Virus record (IMG/VR): IMGVR_UViG_3300050821_009780
Span: 64,001 to 128,000 of that record
Reading direction: 5' to 3' (one strand)
DNA: 64,000 nucleotides
Origin: a virus
The notes under the pieces were generated by a model that was not told the DNA's origin, made no database searches, and was given only the letters and a program-made list of their open reading frames with translations. Each line of letters opens with the position of its first letter. Position 1 is the stretch's first letter. Position numbers and translations under genes: made by a program. Below, piece after piece: positions 37,701-45,465 of the stretch.

Positions 37701-38659
37701 TCGATGGATGAGATGCCCCACTCGCGAGACAAAACCTGAGTCTCCCCGATCAACGGGAAGCTGCACCAGGCCGGGCAGCCCTTGCCTGCCTCGATGTCCC
37801 CCGCGCCCATGCCCGGGTCGGAGTACAGCAGCGGGGCCTGGGTGTGCGGGGCGGCGCTGTCCAGGTCCTTGACGTACCGCTTCTTGAACCTGACCGCCGG
37901 GCCGCCGAGCGCCGTAGGGCCGGACCACCCGCTCACCAGCTTGGTCGGCTCGGGCAGCCCGCGGTCCTCGTACCTGTAGCCGAACTCCACCTCGCGGGGG
38001 AAGTACAGGAACGGGAACTCCACCGCCAGCATCCGGTAGCACATGGACCGCTCGGCCCGCCACAGGCCGTCCGCCTTCATGTCCGCGATGGCTTCCATGA
38101 CCACCGAGATGCCGGGGTTGCCGGGGGCGTCCTCGGCCTCGCCGAGGAAGACGCAGTCCACTACCGGGGCCATGAACTCGGGGTGGCTCCACGCCTGCCC
38201 GCCGGCCATGACCATGGGGTAGGCACCCGGGTCACCCAGGCGGTCGCGCCAGCGCAGCGGGATGCCACTTACCCGGAGGTACTGGCAGAAGTTGAGCCAG
38301 AGGACGGTGTAAGAAATAGAAGTAGCGAAGACGTCGAAGTCCTGTACGCCGTGCTTGGTCTCAATCCCGAAGACAGGTAGACCCGCCCGCTCCAGCAGGC
38401 GGAAGTCACGTGGGGTGGCAGGCAGGTAGAAACGGTCACAGAGCGCTCCAGGAGAGTCGTTGACGCACCGGTAGACGACCGGGGTGGAGTTGTTCCCCGC
38501 CGCCTGCATGTACGGCCAGGAGGCCGCCAGGAGCATGCGGACGGACGCCTGGTCCCACGGCTTACGGACGGAGCCCGGCTCGTCGCCCAGGTATGCCTCG
38601 GGGCCGTCCAGCTTCCACAGATTGCCGTCCAGCCAGCGCTGGATATGCCCAGGGTCCAC
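34781..38659 (-). CDS. TIGR03960-like radical SAM protein fused to a DUF2344/TIGR03936-like domain, intein-interrupted
   Basis: PEAYLGDE, DRFYLP, LPVFGIET, GG...HPE, GEAE; spliced motif GCPAWCSF/C; EGNSQRMRDLIGKG; KVKLFMI; C-terminal VRFRYERSEKHRFVS...AIRRA. Confidence 0.8.
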   Translation of the reverse strand: MDPGHIQRWLDGNLWKLDGPEAYLGDEPGSVRKPWDQASVRMLLAASWPYMQAAGNNSTPVVYRCVNDSPGALCDRFYLPATPRDFRLLERAGLPVFGIETKHGVQDFDVFATSISYTVLWLNFCQYLRVSGIPLRWRDRLGDPGAYPMVMAGGQAWSHPEFMAPVVDCVFLGEAEDAPGNPGISVVMEAIADMKADGLWRAERSMCYRMLAVEFPFLYFPREVEFGYRYEDRGLPEPTKLVSGWSGPTALGGPAVRFKKRYVKDLDSAAPHTQAPLLYSDPGMGAGDIEAGKGCPAWCSFPLIGETQVLSREWGISSIDWLHGVGKAEVWDGAAWASATVESHGVQAVQRITFRPADCGTANGAWRRNPKATHRVQVTATAAHGWELVDGTETHALRAGDFVPAAAASVQYDGSSYDLGRVHGFLFGDGHQRKLSTGERRPVLSGSFKVRLFGKDAAVRPWFEKFWQPDQDDRDSWAVRPDLRVSSIQNPDYAKGDVVVYGWAAFDVKSWPSPAVDTAYVAGFLEGWLAADGTLRAKETSYVLAAQYSAQHHGDTSPSQWLERHAAQGGWVYVGCCQSRSDVTNFGPRSAPLMQHTLVKPERHGWCVEAIEPLDKPQEVYCLTVPGSHRFSLADGVFTMNCHLTYVDKPYREHSVEYLIEQARQWRLNMGSNELSPYGPDFPMYTRKKELLGGLLEQVSDEVDTGAMRVDDFIGDPDYSMLLAFGGTDAVTLGLEGNSQRMRDLIGKGVSDQDVEEAVTRAIRAGIRKVKLFMISNMPGEEAGDVMRIVRLGQRLAEIREQLGQPGVRIQFSWTPLLIEAQTPMQWFAPTAPDYTLQQAMADLRDQRIEMKLGSKAQPEKIALFQACQRASRDAGEAITDVIEDLAAGCWGGVAKDMKDRLNAALKNHGFRNGLDDLFLEMGEDDLFGWEHIDTGVSKQLMWGAYRHMVQFLEGTDSESYDEQFDESYRGSEWIARCDQHCSGNTCGCCDKTDLKIRQGYLKATDRDLEARPVRPLDQTTVACKVRFRYERSEKHRFVSNAHWKFAIRRAAYRAQEHTEGFPPIAKRSVRIVSDAYKFRDRSAGTDYAEFGLTRQPHKMNNFIAWFKAELDPWLALQSWMLYPKESQLPATPKSFWELEVAGGEQALAAALRAYDEAPEVRVLLKQESFYSGMSAEEANAKDHIADAWLVRDADRLLLRMILNGKLGPYQAYAPLCGKKSWVDAMRYTARRLAFFDGADPLQGSLLRPVCIGCGTAVPAGLLGEVFDMDYCPRCRDELGASGFAVGLSRLV
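36737..37756 (-). mobile_element. Class 3 intein (340 aa) with LAGLIDADG homing endonuclease
   Basis: Starts PLIGETQVL; block B ATAAHGW; block F VYCLTV; ends GVFTMN/C; GFLFGDG and GFLEGWLAADG; visibly more A/T-rich codons than the flanks. Confidence 0.88.
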
Positions 38660-38668
38660 GGCTACATC

Positions 38669-38923
38669 CTATCCGGTTTTCCGCTTCCACCGGGGGTGCG
38701 GCTTGGTTCGGTGCACCACGTGCCGCGTAGCCCAGGCAATGTCCCTGCGGTTGCAGAAGTCCCCCGCCCAGCCGAGCACCGCGCGCCAGCCGGTCGGGTG
38801 CTGCGGGATGTCCCAGCGCAGGCCCTTGCCGTGGGGGCGGACACCGTAGAAGAAGCCCTCCAGCCGTTCCCACGGCCCCTCGTAGTCGATGCACAGCAGG
38901 AGCCGCCTGTCCTCGTCTAGCAC
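38669..38923 (-). CDS. Hypothetical protein
   Basis: 84-aa ORF in operon context. Confidence 0.5.
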   Translation of the reverse strand: MLDEDRRLLLCIDYEGPWERLEGFFYGVRPHGKGLRWDIPQHPTGWRAVLGWAGDFCNRRDIAWATRHVVHRTKPHPRWKRKTG

Positions 38924-39123
38924 TACAGGTCTTCCCGGTGCACTTCGAGGATGCGGTTCCGCAGCTCGCGCTCCAGCTTCTCCAGGCCGAAGCTATCCAC
39001 CTGGTGGAGCACGACGAACTTGCTGCCGCGCGTGAGCCCGTCGCCGTGGAACCGCGCCACGTCCCGGACAATATCCCACTCGGGATTGTTCTTCGGGTGA
39101 TCCAGCTTGATGCGGAACTTCAC
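38923..39123 (-). CDS. Hypothetical protein
   Basis: 66-aa ORF with GTGA overlap. Confidence 0.55.
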   Translation of the reverse strand: MKFRIKLDHPKNNPEWDIVRDVARFHGDGLTRGSKFVVLHQVDSFGLEKLERELRNRILEVHREDL

Positions 39124-39767
39124 TCGGACTCCCCCTCGTGGACCTCGGTCACCCCGTCCGCCCCTAGTACAAGGCGGTAACGTGCGTCGGCCAGGTCACC
39201 GAAGGCCGTGCTGTGCGTGACGAGCAGGATCTGCACTCCAGCCTTGTCAGCGACCTCACGCAGGAACTCGGCCACCCGAGGCTCATAGGACGCTGAGACG
39301 TGGGCAAATGACTCGTCCAGTGCCAGAAAGCGGCGCGCTCCCGGGGTGAGCAGGAGCACGACCAGCCGTAGAACGAATCCCACGACAGCAGCCATCCCTC
39401 CGCCCCGGGCATCCAGCACTGGAGTCTCGACCACGTCATCTCCGTAGCTGCTCCTGATCACGAAGTCCACCTCGGCGCGGTTCGCCTTAACGGACGGGAC
39501 CATGTGGAAGGTCAGGTTCTCGGAGAAGATCACCTGCAGCGCCCGGGTGACCAGCCCCTCGACCTGCTGCCGGGCGGATTCCTGGCGCTCCTCGCCGATG
39601 GTGGTGAGCAGCGCGCACGCCTTCTCGTGCAGCTCCTGGGCGGCGCGCAGCTCGCGGACCCGCTCCTGAGCCTCCTTGCCCTGCCGGGCCACCTGGGCGG
39701 CCTGCCCGGCCTCCCGGTCCAGGCCCCGCTGCACCTGGGCCAGGCGCGCGGACAGCGCAGGAATCAC
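39120..39767 (-). CDS. SbcC/Rad50 C-terminal half (coiled coil, signature, Walker B)
   Basis: ARGGG signature, FLALDESFAHV Walker B/D-loop, ILLVTH H-loop; no Walker A. Confidence 0.85.
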   Translation of the reverse strand: MIPALSARLAQVQRGLDREAGQAAQVARQGKEAQERVRELRAAQELHEKACALLTTIGEERQESARQQVEGLVTRALQVIFSENLTFHMVPSVKANRAEVDFVIRSSYGDDVVETPVLDARGGGMAAVVGFVLRLVVLLLTPGARRFLALDESFAHVSASYEPRVAEFLREVADKAGVQILLVTHSTAFGDLADARYRLVLGADGVTEVHEGESE

Positions 39768-39970
39768 TGCCCTCCGCCGATCCAGATGCCCTTCTTCTGC
39801 GGGGAACAGCACGAGCACCGGGCCCGCCTGACGGTACCGTCCTCCGCAACTATCAGCGGCAGTCCCTCGTGGCTGTGCGCCTTGGAGGAGTGCTCCTTGT
39901 GCTTCAGCCTGCGCCGCTGCGCCGGGGTGGGGCTGCTGCCGTACAGCTTCGCGCGCTCTTCATGCGTCAT
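39764..39970 (-). CDS. Small basic Cys-containing protein
   Basis: MTHEERAKLYG...TPAQRRRLKHK...CSCC. Confidence 0.5.
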   Translation of the reverse strand: MTHEERAKLYGSSPTPAQRRRLKHKEHSSKAHSHEGLPLIVAEDGTVRRARCSCCSPQKKGIWIGGGQ

Positions 39971-39977
39971 AGCCCTG

Positions 39978-40352
39978 CTACGCCACCCAGCCGCGCTGGC
40001 GGGCCCGGGCCAGCGCGACCCCGCACCCCTCGTCCCACAGGGTGCGGAACTCCTCCTCGGACAGCGGCCTCGTGCTGGGCTGGACCCCGGCAGAGCTGTC
40101 CTGGTGCGCCTCGGTGTACTCCGGCCAGGCGTCCTCCCGGCTGGCGGACAGCACCTGGACCTGCGCGGCCTTGGTCCCCCGGTCGCCGTGCTCCTCCTCG
40201 TAGGACACCCGGACGCCTGGGCGGAGCTGGCGCGCATCGCCGCCGCGGGCGAGCGCGGAGACGTGCATGAACACGTCCCGGTCGCCGTTGTCGGGGGAGA
40301 CGAAGCCGAAGCCCCGGTCGGTGTCGAAACGAACGATCTTCCCGTACTGCAT
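39978..40352 (-). CDS. Cold-shock domain protein with C-terminal extension
   Basis: GKIVRFDTDRGFGFV (RNP1), DVFMHVS (RNP2). Confidence 0.88.
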   Translation of the reverse strand: MQYGKIVRFDTDRGFGFVSPDNGDRDVFMHVSALARGGDARQLRPGVRVSYEEEHGDRGTKAAQVQVLSASREDAWPEYTEAHQDSSAGVQPSTRPLSEEEFRTLWDEGCGVALARARQRGWVA

Positions 40353-40354
40353 TT

Positions 40355-41554
40355 CTAGTATCCCACCAGCGAAGAAGCCATCTGCGTGAGCACCTGAACG
40401 GTCCCGGTGCCCTCCAGAAGGATAACGGAGCGGCGCTTGCCGAGGTCCTTGCCGAGCCGGAACGCGCAGGTCACATCAGGGTGCGCGGCCAGCATCTCGG
40501 CGAGGAACACGTGGTTGACGCACAGCACCCGCTCCTTGCCGGGCCAGTCGGTGACCAGCTGAACGGGCACGGACGCGGAGTGGCCCACCTGATCGCGGGA
40601 CACCACGGTAACGGTGCTGCCCTCGACGACCAGCGCGATGGCGGCGGTGTCGGCGTCGGCGTTGACCCGGACGCACCGCACGGCAGCCGACAGCTCCTCG
40701 CGGTCCACGGCGAGTACCTGGTCGTTATCCCCCGCCGGGCCGAGCAGCTGCTTGTCCATGTCCGGGAACGGGGTGGAGCGGCGGGCCACGGCGAACACCA
40801 CGTGGTCGGCGCGGAACACCAGGGCATCCTCGGTGACGGCCACGCCGACGGCGTCGCCCTGGCTGCCGGACACCAGCCGGACGATGTCGTCCAGGGCCGA
40901 GGAGGGGATGCACATGGGGTGGGGGAACTCGTCCAGCTCGGCGCGGGCGAACCGGGTGCCGTCGGAGGCGGTGATGCGCCTGCCCTCGAACCCGTCCGAG
41001 CCTTCGGGGGCGCCGATCTCCACCTGGGTGAGCATGGGGCGGCCGGCGTCGCGGCACACCGCATGGCGTACCGCCTTCAGCCCGGCGAGGAACTTCTCCG
41101 CCGGGTACAGGAAGAACCCCAGCTCGGACGGCTCCAGCAGCTGCGGGTACTCGCCGCTGTCCGGCAGGGCGAACACCCAGGAGGCGCTCCCGGCGGTGAC
41201 GGTCGCCCGATCCTTCTTCACCGCGACGGTAATGCTCTCCTCCGTCGCCTCCTTCAGCACGGCCTGGAGCTTCTTCGCCGGGATGAACGCCTCGGCGGAA
41301 GCTGACTCGTCCACGCTGTCGCCGGTCCACACCGCCTCCGTGGAGGCGAGGACGATGCGCTCCATGTCGGTGGCGGCCAGCTCCAGCCCGGCATGGCTCA
41401 CCCGGACCCGGTAGCAGCTAAGCACGGGGAACTGGCCGGAGGAGGGCACCGCCGGTGCCACGGCAGCGGCCAGGGCCTTCAGCACGTACGGCTTGACCCG
41501 GAAGGTGAACTCCCCGTAATCGGTTCCCGCAGCCGGTTCGTCCGCCTCGTTCAC
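40355..41554 (-). CDS. dnaN: DNA polymerase III beta sliding clamp
   Basis: PVLS, LAATDME, IPAKKL, EYP, RPMLT, ASDGTR, FPD; ~400 aa three-domain length. Confidence 0.88.
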   Translation of the reverse strand: MNEADEPAAGTDYGEFTFRVKPYVLKALAAAVAPAVPSSGQFPVLSCYRVRVSHAGLELAATDMERIVLASTEAVWTGDSVDESASAEAFIPAKKLQAVLKEATEESITVAVKKDRATVTAGSASWVFALPDSGEYPQLLEPSELGFFLYPAEKFLAGLKAVRHAVCRDAGRPMLTQVEIGAPEGSDGFEGRRITASDGTRFARAELDEFPHPMCIPSSALDDIVRLVSGSQGDAVGVAVTEDALVFRADHVVFAVARRSTPFPDMDKQLLGPAGDNDQVLAVDREELSAAVRCVRVNADADTAAIALVVEGSTVTVVSRDQVGHSASVPVQLVTDWPGKERVLCVNHVFLAEMLAAHPDVTCAFRLGKDLGKRRSVILLEGTGTVQVLTQMASSLVGY

Positions 41555-41811
41555 GCCTTCTCCTCCGCCTTATCCAGAAGCTCCTGCACCCTGCGCACCT
41601 CGGCGTCCAGATCGACTGTCAGCTTCTCCGCAAGAGCGGGCACTTCCTCGGGGGTGACCCCGAACTCGTCCTTCAGGGCCTTCTCCGCCTGCTGGGCGCG
41701 GTCCGCCGCGACGGCGTGCTGCTGCTCGGCACGGGCACGGTCCTGCTGCATGCCGACGATGCGCTTCTTCAGCGCGGCCACCCGCGCGTCGAGCGCGCTG
41801 GGGTCAGTCAC
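41551..41811 (-). CDS. Small coiled-coil protein
   Basis: Heptad-rich; LKDEFGVT turn. Confidence 0.6.
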   Translation of the reverse strand: MTDPSALDARVAALKKRIVGMQQDRARAEQQHAVAADRAQQAEKALKDEFGVTPEEVPALAEKLTVDLDAEVRRVQELLDKAEEKA

Positions 41812-41986
41812 GGCGCACCGCCTCATCCCAGCCTGCCGCAGCCCGGAGATGCCGGGCGAGCGCGGACAGCCGCCATATGACCAGGCCCTGGCAGCTCGAA
41901 CGGCGCCGCAGCACGTCAGCGGCCCGCTCCAGGATGACAGCGTCCGCGACCTTGCGCTCCGCGTTCTCCCGCAGGATGTCCCTCAT
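41804..41986 (-). CDS. Hypothetical protein
   Basis: MRDILREN..., ATGA overlap. Confidence 0.45.
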   Translation of the reverse strand: MRDILRENAERKVADAVILERAADVLRRRSSCQGLVIWRLSALARHLRAAAGWDEAVRRD

Positions 41987-42870
41987 GCCCCTCCTACCGC
42001 CACCCGGCCGCTCTTCGGCCCGCGTCCCTTGACCGGGCAGGCGTGCTTGACGTCGCAGTACCGGCACTTAGCCGGGGTCGGAGTAGGGTCCACGCGACCG
42101 TCCAGGATGTCGTTGGCCACGGCGACGATGCGCTGGAACATCTGCGTCCGGTGGTCCGCAGTGAACTGCCAGGACGGCATGGTCTCATCGCACAGCGGCT
42201 GCAGCAGCCCGGAGCAGACCGGCCACCGGCCCTTCTTCATGGCCCACACGGCGATCTCGTAGAAAACGAGCTGGCCGAGGGTCTTGCGCCAGTACTGGTT
42301 ATCTCTGGTGGTCTTCAGATCCCAGACCTCGACGACCATGCCGTTCTCGTCGGTACCGTTGACCTGGACCTCGCCTGGCAGAAGCCGGCGGCGGACCAGC
42401 AGGTCTATCTCTCCGTGGAGAAGGATCTGCACCTTGCTCCCGTCCGGGCGCGGGATGACGAGCGGCACCTCGAACCGCGGCGCCGGGTCCCAGTCGTAGG
42501 ACGGCGGCTCGTACAGGTGCAGCAGGGTCCGCAGGTCGTCCTCCAGCTGGTGCACCGCGTCCCGGCACATCTCACGGACCTCGGCGCGGTCGGAGAGGTG
42601 CTTCCAGCGGATGATGCCGTCGCCCGCCTCCTGGGTGCCCTTCTCCAGCTCGTCCATGATCCGGTCCACCTGCGCGGTCATCCAGCCGCGCTGGGGGTCG
42701 TCGCCCTGCAGCCACTGGCGCATGCACCGGTCGGCGACGTTGCCGGCGAAGAACACGCGTCCATCCGCCACCTTGGACCGGCGGCCCAGCGCGATGAGGT
42801 GGCCCTTCTGCGGGCATTCGCTGTGCAGCCTAATCCGACTCCAACTTATCTTCAACGGACTGTCGGTCAC
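41983..42870 (-). CDS. Cas4/RecB-like PD-(D/E)XK exonuclease
   Basis: ISWS...CP, GEIDLL, WDLKT, QLVFY, C-terminal CRYC..KHACP. Confidence 0.85.
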   Translation of the reverse strand: MTDSPLKISWSRIRLHSECPQKGHLIALGRRSKVADGRVFFAGNVADRCMRQWLQGDDPQRGWMTAQVDRIMDELEKGTQEAGDGIIRWKHLSDRAEVREMCRDAVHQLEDDLRTLLHLYEPPSYDWDPAPRFEVPLVIPRPDGSKVQILLHGEIDLLVRRRLLPGEVQVNGTDENGMVVEVWDLKTTRDNQYWRKTLGQLVFYEIAVWAMKKGRWPVCSGLLQPLCDETMPSWQFTADHRTQMFQRIVAVANDILDGRVDPTPTPAKCRYCDVKHACPVKGRGPKSGRVAVGGA

Positions 42871-43124
42871 AGAGCCAGGCCCTCCACCTCGTGCGCGGCA
42901 GCCACCTGGTAAAGACCCGGCCTGTCAAAGCAGCAGACGAGAAAACTACGGCTGAACATAGCCAGCCACAGGTGGATCTTGCAGTCGTGCAGGTCCATCC
43001 CGCTTTCACGTTCCGAGTCGGTATGCGCAATGGAGAAGCCCTCGTCCAGGTCAACCCACGCGACGTGGGTGTCGCGCAGCCCCAGGTCGGCCTGCACCCG
43101 CTTGACATCCTCGACGGTGAACAC
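42867..43124 (-). CDS. Hypothetical protein
   Basis: 85-aa coupled ORF. Confidence 0.5.
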   Translation of the reverse strand: MFTVEDVKRVQADLGLRDTHVAWVDLDEGFSIAHTDSERESGMDLHDCKIHLWLAMFSRSFLVCCFDRPGLYQVAAAHEVEGLAL

Positions 43125-43669
43125 TACAGCCCGGTGCCCGGGACTTCGCCGTCGAACGGGTTGATGCCGATAACCGGGATACCGGTCTCACAGCGAATCT
43201 GCTCCGCCGACTCCTTCCAGTCCTCGAAGTACAGCCGGACGTCGGCGCCGTTCCGGCGCAGCGCCTGCAGCACCCGGGTCTTCCAGATGCCGTTCGGCGA
43301 ATGGTCCTCCGAAGGCCGCAGAATGACGGCGGACAATGGCACCTGGTGCTTCTTCACCCACTCCCAGGTCAGGTCGTAGGCGAGCAGGCTGCGGCCGGAC
43401 ACCGCGATGTGCGTGTACCAGCCCATCTCGCGCATGAGCGCGACGCTGCCGTGCACCGGCTCGTCGTCGGCGCACTGGAGGCTGTAGTCACACCAGGTAG
43501 GCGCGTCCGGTCCTCCGGCCTTGATGGCCGGAACCATGTCGCGGCGGTGGACAGTGCTGCACAGGGTGCTGTCCAGGTCCCAGCCGATGACGGGACGGTG
43601 CTGGGCCAGCCACCACCCGGCCTCGGTCCGGACCATGTCGTCCAGCACGGCATCAGGAGTCTTAGGCAC
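43124..43669 (-). CDS. HAD phosphatase, PNKP 3'-phosphatase-like
   Basis: WDLDSTL (DxDxT), VSGR, LRP..D, K, FED. Confidence 0.8.
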   Translation of the reverse strand: MPKTPDAVLDDMVRTEAGWWLAQHRPVIGWDLDSTLCSTVHRRDMVPAIKAGGPDAPTWCDYSLQCADDEPVHGSVALMREMGWYTHIAVSGRSLLAYDLTWEWVKKHQVPLSAVILRPSEDHSPNGIWKTRVLQALRRNGADVRLYFEDWKESAEQIRCETGIPVIGINPFDGEVPGTGL

Positions 43670-43922
43670 GGCTGGCCTCACAGAAGGTGCAGCCGGCCCC
43701 CGTGCAACCCTCGCCGCAGGTTGCGCCGAGCGCGACGACCAGCTTCGGGATATCCGCATCCTCGACGCAGATTTCCTCGTAGCAACGGTCCTTGATCGAG
43801 AAATACCCGTAGTTACGTGTCACCCGCAGGCTCTCCAGGCCGTCGTCTGCGATGCCTATCCTAGTCTCGTGCCCAAGGGTCATGCGCTTCTCGTACGACG
43901 GCTCGTACTCAGCGGTCGCCAT
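43662..43922 (-). CDS. Hypothetical protein with C-terminal Cys cluster
   Basis: 86 aa, CGEGCTGAGCTFC. Confidence 0.5.
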   Translation of the reverse strand: MATAEYEPSYEKRMTLGHETRIGIADDGLESLRVTRNYGYFSIKDRCYEEICVEDADIPKLVVALGATCGEGCTGAGCTFCEASRA

Positions 43923-44934
43923 GCTGTGCTCCTGTCAGCAGTTCCTCCACGAGGTCCTCCACGTCCTTGCCTAGGCCTAGCGACTTCACGTGCGCGATGA
44001 CGGACCCGGTGTTCAAGATCTCCAGCCTGGCATCGCCAGCTGACTGGAGGAACTCGTCGAGCCGGCCCTGCATGTCGGTGGCCTGCTGCTTCTCCTGCAG
44101 CCGGAAGACCTCGCCGGCGGGCTTGGCATCGAGCGGGACGAACTCGAACGCCCCGGTGTCCTGATCCCAGAAGGTGACGCCTACCTGGCGGGTCAGATTG
44201 TACTCGTGCAGGCTGCCGCGGCTCAGCGCCCCGTTGTTGCAGAAGGTCACGCCGCCGTGCTGGAACATACGGTGCGGCTCGTGCACATGCCCGTAGAAGA
44301 CATTGCCTCCGTAGCCCATGTGCTCGGACCAACGCATGCCGGGAAACCACTCGTAGGGCAGGTTCTCGCCTGGCGGGTAGAGCGGCGCGTGGGTGACGAC
44401 CAGGTACGGCTCGCGGATGTTCACCTCCCGGTACAGGCGCAGCGCCTCGGCAACAGCAGTATCGATGCCCGGCTGAAGCGGCAGCGGAGCGCTGCGCGCC
44501 ATCACCTTGACCAGCTCCTCATCCCACAGCCCGTATCCCTGCAGCCAGGGCACGCCGAACACCTTGAAGGGGCTGCCCCAGCCGTTCAGCTCGGTCGCCC
44601 CGGCGCGGTACAGCATGCCGAGGGGCTGCTTGGTGCTCACCGACTCCAGCCGGTCGTTGGACATGTCGTGGTTACCGGCCAGGATGAGCACCGGGAAGTG
44701 AGGAATACAGCTCTTGATGAACTCGCAGGTCCGGTGCACCAGGCTGTAGGACACCCGGCTGGGGGCCTTGCAGTGGAAGGTGTCCCCGGCCCACACCATG
44801 GGGGAGCCGCGCTCGATGCACAGCTCGCGGGCCTGCTCCAGCAAGTCGAAGAGATCATCCGTGTAGGACTCGGTGCAGCTAGCGGGCGGCTTGTCCGACA
44901 GATGAATATCTGAGATGAGACACAGGCTAGTCAC
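43909..44934 (-). CDS. SbcD/Mre11 metallophosphoesterase nuclease
   Basis: SDIH, AGDTFH, GNHD, VTH, YGHVHE, NNGALSR. Confidence 0.9.
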   Translation of the reverse strand: MTSLCLISDIHLSDKPPASCTESYTDDLFDLLEQARELCIERGSPMVWAGDTFHCKAPSRVSYSLVHRTCEFIKSCIPHFPVLILAGNHDMSNDRLESVSTKQPLGMLYRAGATELNGWGSPFKVFGVPWLQGYGLWDEELVKVMARSAPLPLQPGIDTAVAEALRLYREVNIREPYLVVTHAPLYPPGENLPYEWFPGMRWSEHMGYGGNVFYGHVHEPHRMFQHGGVTFCNNGALSRGSLHEYNLTRQVGVTFWDQDTGAFEFVPLDAKPAGEVFRLQEKQQATDMQGRLDEFLQSAGDARLEILNTGSVIAHVKSLGLGKDVEDLVEELLTGAQHGDR

Positions 44935-45214
44935 CGTGCGCTCCCCGGTACCTGTCTCCGGTCTCCATGTAGCGGAAGCACACAGCCGCGACCTGAACGG
45001 CTTCAGTCAGCACCCGCTCAGTCGGCTCGTCTGCTTTTATCGCATCCCACAGCTCGTCTACCTTCTCCTTGAGGATGACGTAGAACTCGTGCAGTCCCCA
45101 CGGCTCCCGTCCGTGCTTGGCGTAAGCACGCTCCAGCTCCTGCTCCACTGCCACAACAGCAGCGCTACGGCTGGCCTCAAAGTTCCTGGCTATCAGGTCG
45201 TCTAGATGACTCAT
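44927..45214 (-). CDS. MazG-like nucleotide pyrophosphohydrolase (degenerate)
   Basis: ELERAYAKH...ILKEKVDEL...EAVQVAAV. Confidence 0.6.
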   Translation of the reverse strand: MSHLDDLIARNFEASRSAAVVAVEQELERAYAKHGREPWGLHEFYVILKEKVDELWDAIKADEPTERVLTEAVQVAAVCFRYMETGDRYRGAHGD

Positions 45215-45465
45215 GACTCTTTTACGATTTCCTCGGTCCACCAGTGCACCGCGACACCCTTCCGGACCCACGGGCTCTCGTACTTCCCTGTCGCGATACG
45301 GCGGATCTCGGCAATACGGTTCGGGTCCAGCAAGGGACCGTACCCGTGGCCATCCTCGGGAGACGCCCACGTGCGCCCGTGGCCGTCGCTGCGGGGCAGG
45401 TAATCATGCGGCCTGCCGCACGTCTTGCAGGCCGCCGCCTTGCGCAGCAGCTCGGGAACGGTCAC
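45211..45465 (-). CDS. Hypothetical protein
   Basis: 84 aa, CKTC. Confidence 0.5.
   Translation of the reverse strand: MTVPELLRKAAACKTCGRPHDYLPRSDGHGRTWASPEDGHGYGPLLDPNRIAEIRRIATGKYESPWVRKGVAVHWWTEEIVKES

Noticed and set aside
41983-42870. Cas4-like nuclease as evidence for a CRISPR-Cas system
   Set aside because: No repeat-spacer array or other cas gene seen; solo Cas4/RecB-like nucleases are common in phage recombination modules.
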